A DNA stretch of 64,000 bases from Eledone cirrhosa (GCA_964016885.1 OZ024755.1:41292001-41356000); one strand, 5' to 3'. Shown: positions 30,883 to 44,522, counted from the stretch's first letter. The notes: generated by a model from the letters alone, not told the origin. Program-made: numbers and translations.

Positions 30883-30926
30883 TCTTCTAAGTTAACACCT
30901 ATACTATTTGTAACATTTCTTTACAG

Positions 30927-31087
30927 GACTGGACTGAGTTACCAAAGCAGTCATCGTCAAACTACTCGTTTATCAGTCGTATTAAATGCTGTCAGATGCA
31001 CTGGTAATGAAGCATCGATCTTTGACTGTCCTCCTATTTTAAATGGACGGTGTAAACACACCGGAGCAGGTGTCGTATGTTCAAGGG
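30927..31087 (+). CDS. Multi-SRCR protein exon, second half of SRCR domain 3
   Basis: ttacag / g|gtaag, 161 nt. TGLSYQSSHRQTTRLSVVLNAVRCTGNEASIFDCPPILNGRCKHTGAGVVCSR. Confidence 0.92.
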
Positions 31088-31489
31088 GTAAGGGCAATAC
31101 TATATTATATATATCAGAATTTATCTATATAATCTACCTTACAGGCGATCTGTCGATTTTGAGAATGTAAGCAATACTTGTCTTTTCTTCTATCCGTAGT
31201 CTTCTAAATAAGCAGTGTTTTAAACTCTTAGTAATGCCAGTCTAAAATTCAAATTCTCCGTTTTCCTCTCTGATTTTCAATTATTTATTTTACATGTTTT
31301 TAATATGTCTCAAATCTGTTGGACCCTTCCTAAAAACTAACCTTCTCCTAAAGTTACCCATTTACCGCCCGCCCGCCCCCACTCACAACCATTGCTATAT
31401 GGTCCAATCAGAACTCAGCGGCTTTAGTAAGTTCTCTAACAAATCAGTATAGTAAAGCTACCACCTCGGTTACTACTCCTTAAGTTTAG

Positions 31490-34065
31490 ACCTGTTTGAT
31501 GGGTTGACTGCGGAAAAGTCTAAGCACTCAATGACAATGTCACAGATAAAGATAAATTCACCTCCCGCTGCAGAACGAGAATACAAGGACCCCTCTTTAT
31601 TTCAGACACGGATGACCAACAAAATTCCGTCTCCCACACCCCTCTCTGCCCCTCCAACCCATCCATCCCACCCTCTTAACTTCAGAGTTGGTACCATGAA
31701 CGTAGACACATTGAAAGGTCGCTCAAATGAGGCTATAGAGATGCTTGAACGTAAAGAAGTTGATGTTTGTTGTATTCAAGAGACTAGGTGGAGAGGTGGG
31801 TCTGCCAGATTCATCGTGGGTAAAAAACGATGCTATAAACTTTTCTGGGTGGGAAATGACAACGGACAGGGTAGTGTAGGAATTATGTTAGCTGAAAAAT
31901 GGGTAGATAAGGTAATCGACGTAAATAGAGTAAATCACAGAATAATTAAAATAAGGCTAGTTCTAAATAAAACTACTGTGACAATAATATCCGCTTATGC
32001 ACCCCAATCTGGTCTACAAAGATATGAAGATAGGCAAGGCAGCTGGGCCTTCGGAGATAGTTGCTGAGATGTTGAAGGCATCTGGAATGGTGGGACATAT
32101 TATGGTCACCCATATAGTTAACCAAGTAATACAGAATGGGGTCATACCAAAAGACTGGCATAGCATCATCATCATTAACTGCTACAATGGTAAAGGGGGA
32201 TGCTCTAGGTAGGGGAAACTATAGAGCCATTAAGTTAGTTGACCAGGTCATGAAGGTCACAGAAAGAGTTATAGCGCAACTAATCAGAGAGCGAATTGAT
32301 CTAGATGAAATGCAGTTTGGGTTTGTCAGGTAAAAGTACCACAGACGCTCTTTTCCTTGTACGACAACTACAAGAGAAGTACCTAGCTAAAGGTAAACCC
32401 CTCTACTTGGCTTTTGTAGACCTGGAAAAAGCCGTTGACAGAGTCCCCCGCTCCATTACCTGGTGGGCTCTTAGAAAACTCGGTGTTGATGAATGGCTTG
32501 TGAGAGCTATACAAGCTATGTATAATGAAACAGTCAGTAAGGTTAGAATTAACAATGAATATTGTGAAGAATTTAGTGTAAAAGTTGGTGTTCACCAAGG
32601 CTCTGTCCTTAGCCTCCTCCTATTTATTATTGCTCTTCAGGCTATAACAGAGGAGTTCAAGACCGGCTGCCCATGGGAACTCCTATACGCAGATAATCTA
32701 ACGCTCATAGCTGAATCAATGGTTGAACTAGAAAAGAAATTCCAAACATGGAAGCATGGCCTAGAATCAAAAGGCCTTAAAGTTAACTTGTCTAAGACTA
32801 AAGTCCTAGTTTGTAGAAAGGAAAATAAGGCACAGGTACCCTCAGGGAAATGGCCTTGCTCAGTGTGTAGGAAAGGAGTAGGCAGAAATTCCATTTTATG
32901 TCCCAAATGCAAAGTATGGTTACATAAAAGATGTAGTGGGATCACAGGTAAACTATCTAAGAACGTAGACTTTATATGTGGCCGATGCTAAGGTGCAATA
33001 GGTAGTAAGTGAATACTATCCCCTTCTATTGCCCAGATGGTTCTATAGAAATAGTAGACACTTTCCGTTACCTGGGTGACGAAATCAGCAGTGGTGGAGG
33101 GTGTTTTGAAAGTACAGCAGTCAGAGTCAGAACGGGATGGAAAAAGTTCAGAGAGCTTATACAGCTGTTGGCCACAAAAGTTTTCTCTCTAAAAATGAAA
33201 GGCAGATTGTATGATGCTTGTATACGAACAGCAATGCTACATGGCAGTGAGACATGGGCATTACGTGCAGAGGACCTGCGTAGACTGGAGAGGAAGGAAG
33301 CATGCATGTTCCGTTGGATGTGTAATAGTAATATACGTGAACGGCAAAGCATAAATGAACTAAGTGAGAAATTAGGAATAAGAGGGATCAGATGCTGTTT
33401 ACTCGAGAGAAGACTACGTTGGTATGGCCACGTGATGCGCATGAAAGACGACAGCTGTATAAAAAAGTGCAGGGCGATCAAAATTGATGGAAGTTACGGA
33501 GTAGGTAGACCCAGAAAAACCTGGGACGATCTGATAAATTCCGACCTTACACACTTGCACCTCTCTAAGACAATGTCACTGGACCAAGATCTTTGGCGCT
33601 ACGCAGTAATACAGAAGACTCGCACTGCCTATGTACAAAGCGAAACCTAGTCAGTAGGCACCTCTTAACCAAATATACACCCCCAATCCACTACCCCCTA
33701 CCCTATCCTCCCACTCCCACCACCACCACCCTCTCTCTATAAAGTTGGTACCACAACATCCACTCCAAATAAATGAGATAAATGAGATCGAGATCGTGTA
33801 GGTGTCACAAGAAAAAAACACACAGTCCACGCTGTAATGTGGCAGTGTAGGTAACACGGTAAAAAGTTCCCAGTTCCAGACTGTAAATGTGGTTGGTGTT
33901 AGGAAGGGCATCCAGCCGTAGAAAACCTGCCAGATAGTCCTATATGAGCGAGACACGGTCACACGGTCACCCGACCAACGTTGCCTCAAGTGGGACAACT
34001 CCCGTCTAACCCATGGTAGCGTGGAAAGTGCACGTTAAACGAAGATGATGATGATGATGATGATA
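31490..34065 (+). mobile_element. RTE-clade LINE (APE, internal deletion, RT, PHD-like finger), degenerate
   Basis: GTMNV..L.GR, CIQETRW, SAYAPQ, then MKIGKAAGP, FVDLEKA.DRVP, GVHQGSVLS, LLYADN, WPCSVC..C..C..W.HKRC, LHGSETW, (GAT)n tail. 3' copies at 45728-46270, 52897-54028 and 55206-55431. Confidence 0.92.
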
Positions 34066-34263
34066 TATATATATATATATATATATAGTAATAATAATAA
34101 ATGCGAAGACTAAAAGAGGGCTCGATAAGGATAAATATATATCAAATATATAAAAACCGTAGAGCAAATATTTATTAAAATAACGGATTAAAGTTTAATG
34201 GGTGAAAGCAGCGATTCTTTGCTTGAACTTTAATCTGTTATTTTAATAAATATATATATATAA

Positions 34264-34720
34264 TCATCATCATTTTACGTTCGCTTTTCCCTGCTTGCAC
34301 ACCATCCCTCCACTTGTCACGGTCCTTCGTCATCTCCACCGAGATCCATGAACGAGTTCTCTCCAGCGGTCTCTGTCCCTCATCACCGCCGCCATGTCAT
34401 GCGTCTCCAACAGACCAGTGTCTGTCTTTAGGGCATCAACATACGTTAACCTTGGTCTTCCTCTTCCAGTTTGTCCATGTAGGGGCTTCCACAGGAGTAC
34501 TGAGTGCAGTGTCAACTCTGGATGTCGGTGAGCATGTCCAGCTATCCTCAGTCTCCTCGGTGCCACTTTTGAGCTGACTTTTGTTAAGCTCCCATACAAC
34601 TCTGAGTTCTTCATCCTCAGTGTATACTGATTAATGTTCAGAGCCATCCTCAGCATTCTTGTGTAGCACCCACCCATCCACCATCTGTGTAACTTTCTTT
34701 GTCAGCGTCCAAGCCTTGAA
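34264..34720 (-). mobile_element. RTE-type LINE 3' fragment
   Basis: YTRMLRMALNI...RRLRIAGH..RH...GRGRPRLTYVD...DRDRWR. Another copy at 55485-55700. Confidence 0.8.
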
Positions 34721-34722
34721 CC

Positions 34723-34788
<66 letters not shown>

Positions 34789-34940
34789 GGCTTCTACAGG
34801 ACTAGAACTGTTTCACTCCCGAATGAAACAGTTCTAGTCCTGTAGAGGCCATTTCTATATTAAATATTTATACTCTGCTTTGTATTGAGTACCTTGGTTA
34901 CTGTGGTTATCCCTGATTGAACCCGGGATAAACTTATATG

Positions 34941-35071
<131 letters not shown>

Positions 35072-35090
35072 AGGAGGGGAGAGAGAGAGG

Positions 35091-35124
<34 letters not shown>

Positions 35125-35126
35125 GA

Positions 35127-35513
35127 GGAAAACGAAAAATCAGTGATGCATAGGAACTCAATTTATTGTGTTACAATTGTTTCCCCGGCGAACAGCTCGA
35201 GATGCGATCCGTGTGTGGATCTACCTGACTCTAGACTCGCAGGTTCCTCCGACACGACTATTGATTTCGGATCATATCCTCATATTCATCCGAAATCAAT
35301 AGACGTGTCTGAGGAACCTGCGAGTCTAGAGTCAGGTAGATCCACACACGGATCGCATCTCGAGCTGTTCGCCGGGGAAACAATTGTAACACAATAAATT
35401 GAGTTCCGATGCATCACTGATTCTTCGTTTTCCATTCTATAATACTCTACTCCGTAGGAGCATAGAGTGCTTAACCGGCATACCGCCTATGGAAGCATCT
35501 TAGCTACCATTAG

Positions 35514-35520
<7 letters not shown>
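35127..35520. mobile_element. Fold-back element with HHR 35305-35392 (+) and a mutated inverted copy
   Basis: gtgt-CTGAGGA-acctgcga...tcgccggg-GAAA-caattgt-a-acac then aataaa. Arms ~35127-35272 and ~35288-35432, with a tail on the right arm only. Confidence 0.8.
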
Positions 35521-35568
<48 letters not shown>

Positions 35569-35692
35569 TTGCCAATGAACACAACGTCACCCAGTCTAGG
35601 ATGAGGACGCTAATGATTGGACTTTCAAATATCGATTGATTATTAATTAAGGAACTTGAATGAACAATTTACTACTTCTTTTATATTTACAG

Positions 35693-35825
35693 TGAAAATA
35701 ACTGACCGTTATTTACCAGACCACAGAATCAGTGTTCAGTATGAAGGAAAGATTGGAACAATATGTCCAGATAACAGTTGGTCAGATCATGAAGCGTCCG
35801 TTGTGTGTCGTATGAAGGGTTTCAT
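35693..35825 (+). CDS. Multi-SRCR protein exon, first half of SRCR domain 4
   Basis: ttacag / at|gtgagt, 133 nt. KITDRYLPDHRISVQYEGKIGTICPDNSWSDHEASVVCRMKGF. Confidence 0.9.
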
Positions 35826-36307
35826 GTGAGTAGGTTTCTCTTCACTATCAACAAATTGTTCGACAAACAATCCTATATTTCACTTTCACCATCAGAAGAT
35901 TATCAGCTGCGTCATTAAACATCATTTCTATTGAAAAACATTGCCTATGATTTCTTCTTCTTCGCCCACTTATTCCTGAGAAGGGGGCAGGGACCTCAAA
36001 CACTCCTGCAGCGGGTCCTGCCAGAAGCAACCGTCTCTGATCCGGCTGGATCCCTAAGTTAGACCAGTCAAGCTCATGGATGTCATCCAGCCATCTTGAA
36101 CGGGGTCCATCCCTGGCTCTCCTACCTGTTTTGCCGGTAAAATCTGTCCAGCGATTCTTTCCTCATGATTTTAAAATCATTTTGAAAATACTCATGATGG
36201 AAGGTTTTTAGGTAGCTATAAAGAATGTAGGATCGTGATCCTAACAATTTACGCACAAGTCCACACGTCTATCAAAGTATCTATTAATGCCGATTTTAGA
36301 ACATATA

Positions 36308-36916
36308 CAATGAAACCTCGGTTCACGAACTTAATTCGTTCTTGAAGGATGTTCGTCATCTGAAATGTTCGGAAGCCGAAACTTTTCCATACGAAATGTT
36401 GAGAGAGAAATACAGTGTGATATATTAGTATATGTTGGTTGTTTACCGACACCTCAGTATGCAGGTTGGAGCACTCGACGAAGTACGCAGGTTGGTTTGT
36501 TTACTCCGGAGTAATGTAAAATAAGTAAGTCCAACATGTTACAGTTGGCTTCGTTTATTCTAATTCTCTGCTATATATATTTCGGTGACAGCCATTATTG
36601 GCTGTCACCTCATCAGGCAGTACGAATTAATGTAGAAAAACCAGGTAAACATGGTGTTGAAATGTGTTCCACTCTGTCAATATATCGATATGTCCAGCTT
36701 CTGGGTGTGTTGTTAGTCCTCCAAAAAAATTGGAATCATATGTATATATATAACACCATAGTAACTAACTATATAGCAAGTGACATTTTCCCGCCGATAC
36801 TCCCAGCTTGTCGCCAACTGTTGTTGCCGGCTTGTGTGTTTGTAATTCGAGACACCGTTCGTCAACCGAAACATGTTATGTTCGGAAAAAATTGTTCGTG
36901 AACCGAGGGTCCACTG
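36308..36916. mobile_element. Tc1/pogo(Tigger)-like MITE
   Basis: TA-caatgaaacctcggttcacgaac ... gttcgtgaaccgagggtccactg-TA terminal inverted repeats. Duplicate at 41013-41623. Confidence 0.8.
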
Positions 36917-37093
36917 TATTTATTGTAGTTTGACACTTTTTTAAATAGATGAATGTGAAATAAAGTATCTTGCTCAAGGATACACCACGTCCACCAATCA
37001 GCTTGGCGACTTTAGGATCCTTCACACGCCACATAAAATATATATTTATTTCAGTGTGACACCTGTTTAACTCAGTTCTTTATTTTCTTCTAG

Positions 37094-37257
37094 GATGGGA
37101 TTTGCCATTACTAAACCAGACAGAACAATTTATCCCTTAGCAATGGTGGATCTGAAATGCACTGGAAAAGAGTCGTCACTTGATCAATGTATTTATGATG
37201 ACATCAGAAACACAGGATGTACAACCAGCACAAATATTAACGTCCATTGCTCCAACA
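37094..37257 (+). CDS. Multi-SRCR protein exon, second half of SRCR domain 4
   Basis: ttctag / a|gttagt, 164 nt. MGFAITKPDRTIYPLAMVDLKCTGKESSLDQCIYDDIRNTGCTTSTNINVHCSN. Confidence 0.9.
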
Positions 37258-37330
37258 GTTAGTGATTCACTTATTTCTTGAATAACTTTGCTCTTTCGCC
37301 ACAGTTAACAGCATGTGTATGTGTTGTATA

Positions 37331-39568
37331 TGTCAGTGTCAGTGTGTCAGTGTCAGTGTGTCAGTGTCAGTGTCAGTGTCAGTGTCAGTGTCAGTTGGTC
37401 AGTGTCAGTGTCAGTGTGTCAGTGTGTCAGTGTCAGTGTCAGTGTCAGTGTGTCAGTGTCAGTGTGTCAGTGTCAGTGTGTCAGTGTCAGTGTCAGTGTC
37501 AGTGTGTCAGTATCAGTGTCAGTGTGTCAGTGTCAGTGTCAGTGTCAGTGTGTCAGTGTCAATGTGTCAGTGTCAGTGTGTCAGTGTCAGTGTCAATGTG
37601 TCAGTGTCAGTGTGTCAGTGTCAGTGTCAGTGTGTCAGTGTCAGTGTCAGTGTGTCAGTGTCAGTGTGTCAGTGTCAGTGTCAGTGTGTCAGTGTCAGTG
37701 TGACAGTGTCAGTGTCAGTGTCAGTGTCAGTGTGTCAGTGTCAGTGTAAGTGTCAGTGTCAGTGTGTCAGTGTCAGTGTCAGTGTGTCAGTGTCAGTGTG
37801 TCAGTGTCAGTGTGTCAGTGTCAGTGTCAGTGTCAGTGTAAGTGTCAGTGTCAGTGTGACAGTGTCAGTGTCAGTGTCAGTGTCAGTGTCAGTGTGTCAG
37901 TGTCAGTGTCAGTGTGTCAGTGTCAGTGTGTCAGTGTCAGTGTCAGTGTCAGTGTGTCAGTGTGTCAGTGTCAGTGTCAGTGTCAGTGTGTCAGTGTCAG
38001 TGTCAGTGTGTCAGTGTGTCAGTGTCAGTGTCAGTGTGTCAGTGTGTCAGTGTCAGTGTCAGTGTCAGTGTGTCAGTGTGTCAGTGTCAGTGTGTCAGTG
38101 TCAGTGTGTCAATGTCAGTGTCAGTGTCAGTGTGTCAGTGTCAGTGTCAGTGTGTCAGTGTGTCAGTGTCAGTGTCAGTGTAAGTGTCAGTGTCAGTGTG
38201 TCAGTGTCAGTGTGTCAGTGTCAGTGTCAGTGTCAGTGTGTCAGTGTGTCAGTGTCAGTGTCAGTGTCAGTGTGTCAGTGTCAGTGTCAGTGTGTCAGTG
38301 TCAGTGTGTCAGTGTCAGTGTCAGTGTGTCAGTGTGTCAGTGTCAGTGTCAGTGTGTCAGTGTGTCAGTGTCAGTGTCAGTGTCAGTGTGTCAGTGTGTC
38401 AGTGTCAGTGTGTCAGTGTGTCAGTGTCAGTGTCAGTGTGTCAGTGTGTCAGTGTCAGTGTCAGTGTCAGTGTGTCAGTGTCAGTGTGTCAGTGTGTCAG
38501 TGTCAGTGTCAGTGTGTCAGTGTGTCAGTGTCAGTGTGTCAGTGTCAGTGTCAGTGTGTCAGTGTGTCAGTGTCAGTGTCAGTGTGTCAGTGTGTCAGTG
38601 TGTCAGTGTCAGTGTCAGTGTGTCAGTGTCAGTGTCAGTGTCAGTGTCAGTGTGTCAGTGCCAGTGTCAGTGTCAGTGTCAGTGTCAGTGTGTCAGTGTC
38701 AGTGTGTCAGTGTCAGTGTCAGTGTCAGTGTGTCAGTGTCAGTGTGTCAGTGTCAGTGTGTCAGTGTCAGTGTGTCAGTGTCAGTGTCAGTGTCAGTGTC
38801 AGTGTGTCAGTGTCAGTGTGTCAGTGTCAGTGTCAGTGTGTCAGTGTCAGTGTGTCAGTGTCAGTGTCAGTGTGTCAGTGTCAGTGTGTCAGTGTCAGTG
38901 TCAGTGTGTCAGTGTCAGTGTGTCAGTGTCAGTGTAAGTGTCAGTGTGTCAGTGTCAGTGTCAGTGTGTCAGTGTAAGTGTCAGTGTGTCAGTGTCAGTG
39001 TCAGTGTCAGTGTGTCAGTGTCAGTGTCAGTGTGTCAGTGTCAGTGTCAGTGTGTCAGTGTGTCAGTGTAAGTGTCAGTGTGTCAGTGTCAGTGTCAGTG
39101 TCAGTGTCAGTGTGTCAGTGTCAGTGTCAGTGTCAGTGTGTCAGTGTCAGTGTCAGTGTGTCAGTGTGTCAGTGTCAGTGTCAGTGTCAGTGTGTCAGTG
39201 TCAGTGTCAGTGTGTCAGTGTCAGTGTCAGTGTCAGTGTCAGTGTGTCAGTGTCAGTGTCAGTGTCAGTGTGTCAGTGTCAGTGTCAGTGTCAGTGTCAG
39301 TGTGTCAGTGTCAGTGTCAGTGTGTCAGTGTGTCAGTGTAAGTGTCAGTGTGTCAGTGTCAGTGTCAGTGTCAGTGTGTCAGTGTCAGTGTCAGTGTCAG
39401 TGTCAGTGTGTCAGTGTCAGTGTCAGTGTCAGTGTGTCAGTGTCAGTGTCAGTGTGTCAGTGTCAGTGTGTCAGTGTCAGTGTCAGTGTCAGTGTGTCAA
39501 TGTCAGTGGGTCAGTGTCAGTATCAGTGTGTCAGTGTGCCAGCGTCAGTGTGTCAGTGTGTCAGTGTC
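37331..39568 (+). repeat. Compound (TGTCAG)/(TGTGTCAG)n satellite
   Basis: Directly visible. Duplicate at ~42037-44230. Confidence 0.97.
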
Positions 39569-39586
39569 ATATATATGTGTGTGTGT

Positions 39587-39860
39587 GAAGGATTTGGGAC
39601 CCCGACAGCTGAGCTCCTGCCGTTTCAACAGCTAGATCCGAACTGAGTCTCCGGTGTTCTGGCGGCAAAAATAGTTCATGACGTCAGCTATTTTTGCCGC
39701 CAAACACCAGTGACTCGGTTTAGATCTAGCTTTTGAAATGGCAGGAGCTCAGCTTTAGGGGTCCTAAATCCTTCATATTACCCACTCTACTACCCCAAGT
39801 ATCAAGTACTCTGGTGACTAATGGTCTAACAGGTTTTTATTCCATCCATTCTGATTCATG
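39587..39860 (+). mobile_element. Diverged member of the short fold-back 3'-end family (duplicate at 44249-44522)
   Basis: Hairpin 39587-39775 plus the tail cccactctactaccccaagtat. Confidence 0.7.
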
Positions 39861-39891
<31 letters not shown>

Positions 39892-39896
39892 TGAGA

Positions 39897-39966
<70 letters not shown>

Positions 39967-40429
39967 ATCTTATAGAAAATCACTGAGGGGTAGATTGTAG
40001 ATTACAGTAGAAGCATTTTCCCTCGGGGTAAAAAAGTTATCCTTACTGCCGTTTGAAAGTCCAAAGAATAACAGACAACCCTTCAGCCCATCGTTAACAG
40101 GATGGACTTCTCTTCAGGGGATTTATTCTGTAGGGTACAAGAAGATAAAATATATACACATACCCTTTAATAGAATTGGGTTCATTCTTCATTGAAACTG
40201 CGTAGTGTAAGAAATGAATCCTGCACGCATGCGTAGATCTACCAACATGGTAAATATTCATATATACGGGCAAAAGAGTCCAAACTGCCACTAGAAATAG
40301 AAGTCAATATAGACCGTCTATCAACTCACTATTTAAGGAACAGCAAATTATACATAAGTAAATTAGTTTTACAACGCATATAAATAAATTTACCGTAGAA
40401 TAACATAACAAATATGTTTTAAATATATA

Positions 40430-40629
40430 NNNNNNNNNNNNNNNNNNNNNNNNNNNNNNNNNNNNNNNNNNNNNNNNNNNNNNNNNNNNNNNNNNNNNNN
40501 NNNNNNNNNNNNNNNNNNNNNNNNNNNNNNNNNNNNNNNNNNNNNNNNNNNNNNNNNNNNNNNNNNNNNNNNNNNNNNNNNNNNNNNNNNNNNNNNNNNN
40601 NNNNNNNNNNNNNNNNNNNNNNNNNNNNN
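40430..40629. other. Assembly gap (200 N) flanked by a duplicated block 35924-40429 / 40630-45091
   Basis: Sequence after the gap restarts at 35924. Confidence 0.95.
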
Positions 40630-41800
40630 ATTTCTATTGAAAAACATTGCCTATGATTTCTTCTTCTTCGCCCACTTATTCCTGAGAAGGGGCAGGGACC
40701 TCAAACACTCCTGCAGCGGGTCCTGCCAGAAGCAACCGTCTCTGATCCGGCTGGATCCCTAAGTTAGACCAGTCAAGCTCATGGATGTCATCCAGCCATC
40801 TTGAACGGGGTCCATCCCTGGCTCTCCTACCTGTTTTGCCGGTAAAATCTGTCCAGCGATTCTTTCCTCATGATTTTAAAATCATTTTGAAAATACTCAT
40901 GATGGAAGGTTTTTAGGTAGCTATAAAGAATGTAGGATCGTGATCCTAACAATTTACGCACAAGTCCACACGTCTATCAAAGTATCTATTAATGCCGATT
41001 TTAGAACATATACAATGAAACCTCGGTTCACGAACTTAATTCGTTCTTGAAGGATGTTCGTCATCTGAAATGTTCGGAAGCCGAAACTTTTCCATACGAA
41101 ATGTTGAGAGAGAAATACAGTGTGATATATTAGTATATGTTGGTTGTTTACCGACACCTCAGTATGCAGGTTGGAGCACTCGACGAAGTACGCAGGTTGG
41201 TTTGTTTACTCCGGAGTAATGTAAAATAAGTAAGTCCAACATGTTACAGTTGGCTTCGTTTATTCTAATTCTCTGCTATATATATTTCGGTGACAGCCAT
41301 TATTGGCTGTCACCTCATCAGGCAGTACGAATTAATGTAGAAAAACCAGGTAAACATGGTGTTGAAATGTGTTCCACTCTGTCAATATATCGATATGTCC
41401 AGCTTCTGGGTGTGTTGTTAGTCCTCCAAAAAAATTGGAATCATATGTATATATATAACCACCATAGTAACTAACTATATAGCAAGTGACATTTTCCCGC
41501 CGATACTCCCAGCTTGTCGCCAAACTGTTGTTGCCGGCTTGTGTGTTTGTAATTCGAGACACCGTTCGTCAACCGAAACATGTATGTTCGGAAAAAAATT
41601 GTTCGTGAACCGAGGGTCCACTGTATTTATTGTAGTTTGACACTTTTTTAAATAGATGAATGTGAAATAAAGTATCTTGCTCAAGGATACACCACGTCCA
41701 CCAATCAGCTTGGCGACTTTAGGATCCTTCACACGCCACATAAAATATATATTTATTTCAGTGTGACACCTGTTTAACTCAGTTCTTTATTTTCTTCTAG

Positions 41801-41963
41801 GATGGGATTTGCCATTACTAAACCAGACAGAACAATTTATCCCTTAGCAATGGTGATCTGAAATGCACTGGAAAAGAGTCGTCACTTGATCAATGTATTT
41901 ATGATGACATCAGAAACACAGGATGTACAACCAGCACAAATATTAACGTCCATTGCTCCAACA
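41801..41963 (+). pseudogene. Duplicate of the SRCR domain 4 second-half exon with a 1-bp deletion (probably an assembly duplicate)
   Basis: Matches 37094-37257 except atggtggatctg is atggtgatctg. Lies inside the block duplicated after the N gap. Confidence 0.8.
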
Positions 41964-44522
41964 GTTAGTGATTCACTTATTTCTTGAATAACTTTGCTCT
42001 TTCGCCACAGTTAACAGCATGTGTATGTGTTGTATATGTCAGTGTCAGTGTGTCAGTGTCAGTTGTCAGTGTCTTGTCAGTGTCAGTGTCAGTGTCAGTT
42101 GGTCAGTGTCAGTGTCAGTGTGTCAGTGGTGTCAGTGTCAGTGTCAGTGTCAGTGTGTCAGTGTCAGTAGTCAGTGTCAGTGTCAGTGTCAGTGTGTCAG
42201 TATCAGTGTCAGTGTGTCAGTGTCAGTGTCAGTGTCAGTGTGTCAGTGTCAATGTGTCAGTGTCAGTGTGTCAGTGTCAGTGTCAATGTGTCAGTGTCAG
42301 TGTGTCAGTGTCAGTGTCAGTGTGTCAGTGTCAGTTGTGTCAGTCAGGGTCAGTGTCAGTGTGTCAGTGTCAGTGTGACAGTGTCAGTGTCAGTGTCAGG
42401 TCAGTGTGTCAGTGTCAGTGTAGAGTGTCAGTGTGTCAGTGTCAGTGTCAGTGTGTCAGTGTCAGTGTGTCAGTGTCAGTGTGTCAGTGTCAGTTCAGTG
42501 TCAGTGTAAGTGTCAGTGTCAGTGTGACAGTGTCAGTGTCAGTGTCAGTGTCAGTGTCAGTGTGTCAGTGTCAGTGTCAGTGTGTCAGTGTCAGTGTGTC
42601 AGTGTCAGTGTCAGTGTCAGTTGTCAGTGTGTCAGTGTCATGTCAGTGTCAGTGTGTCAGTGTCAGTGTCAGTGTGTCAGGTGTCAGTGTCAGTGTCAGT
42701 GTGTCAGTGTGTCAGTGTCAGTGTCAGTGTCAGTGTGTCAGTGTGTCAGTGTCAGTGTGTCAGTGTCAGTGTGTCAATGTCAGTGTCAGTGTCAGTGTGT
42801 CAGTGTCAGTGTCAGTGTGTCAGGTGTCAGTGTCAGTGTCAGTGTAAGTGTCAGTGTCAGTGTGTCAGTGTCAGTGTGTCAGTGTCAGTGTCAGTGTCAG
42901 TGTGTCAGTGTGTCAGTGTCAGTGTCAGGTCAGTGTGTCAGTGTCAGTGTCAGTGTGTCAGTGTCAGTGTGTCAGTGTCAGTGTCAGTGTGTCAGTGTGT
43001 CAGTGTCAGTGTCAGTGTGTCAGTGTGTCAGTGTCAGTGTCAGTGTCAGTGTGTCAGTGTGTCAGTGTCAGTGTGTCAGTGTGTCAGTGTCAGTGTCAGT
43101 GTGTCAGTGTGTCAGTGTCAGTGTCAGTGTCAGGTGTCAGTGTCAGTGTGTCAGTGTGTCAGTGTCAGTGTCAGTGTGTCAGTGTGTCAGTGTCAGTGTG
43201 TCAGTGTCAGTGTCAGTGTGTCAGTGTGTCAGTGTCAGTGTCAGTGTGTCAGTGTGTCAGTGTGTCAGTGTCAGTGTCAGTGTGTCAGTGTCAGTGTCAG
43301 TGTCAGTGTCAGTGTGTCAGTGCCAGTGTCAGTGTCAGTGTCAGTGTCAGTGTGTCAGTGTCAGTGTGTCAGTGTCAGTGTCAGTGTCAGTGTGTCAGTG
43401 TCAGTGTGTCAGTGTCAGTGTGTCAGTGTCAGTGTGTCAGTGTCAGTGTCAGTGTCAGTGTCAGTGTGTCAGTGTCAGTGTGTCAGTGTCAGTGTCAGTG
43501 TGTCAGTGTCAGTGTGTCAGTGTCAGTGTCAGTGTGTCAGTGTCAGTGTGTCAGTGTCAGTGTCAGTGTGTCAGTGTCAGTGTGTCAGTGTCAGTGTAAG
43601 TGTCAGTGTGTCAGTGTCAGTGTCAGTGTGTCAGTGTAAGTGTCAGTGTGTCAGTGTCAGTGTCAGTGTCAGTGTGTCAGTGTCAGTGTCAGTGTGTCAG
43701 TGTCAGTGTCAGTGTGTCAGTGTGTCAGTGTAAGTGTCAGTGTGTCAGTGTCAGTGTCAGTGTCAGTGTCAGTGTGTCAGTGTCAGTGTCAGTGTCAGTG
43801 TGTCAGTGTCAGTGTCAGTGTGTCAGTGTGTCAGTGTCAGTGTCAGTGTCAGTGTGTCAGTGTCAGTGTCAGTGTGTCAGTGTCAGTGTCAGTGTCAGTG
43901 TCAGTGTGTCAGTGTCAGTGTCAGTGTCAGTGTGTCAGTGTCAGTGTCAGTGTCAGTGTCAGTGTGTCAGTGTCAGTGTCAGTGTGTCAGTGTGTCAGTG
44001 TAAGTGTCAGTGTGTCAGTGTCAGTGTCAGTGTCAGTGTGTCAGTGTCAGTGTCAGTGTCAGTGTCAGTGTGTCAGTGTCAGTGTCAGTGTCAGTGTGTC
44101 AGTGTCAGTGTCAGTGTGTCAGTGTCAGTGTGTCAGTGTCAGTGTCAGTGTCAGTGTGTCAATGTCAGTGGGTCAGTGTCAGTATCAGTGTGTCAGTGTG
44201 CCAGCGTCAGTGTGTCAGTGTGTCAGTGTCATATATATGTGTGTGTGTGAAGGATTTGGGACCCCGACAGCTGAGCTCCTGCCGTTTCAACAGCTAGATC
44301 CGAACTGAGTCTCCGGTGTTCTGGCGGCAAAAATAGTTCATGACGTCAGCTATTTTTGCCGCCAAACACCAGTGACTCGGTTTAGATCTAGCTTTTGAAA
44401 TGGCAGGAGCTCAGCTTTAGGGGTCCTAAATCCTTCATATTACCCACTCTACTACCCCAAGTATCAAGTACTCTGGTGACTAATGGTCTAACAGGTTTTT
44501 ATTCCATCCATTCTGATTCATG

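Noticed and set aside
37278-44308. Long VSVS/CQCQ ORFs up to 554 aa
   Set aside because: Translations of the TGTCAG satellite, open in all frames because the repeat lacks stops.
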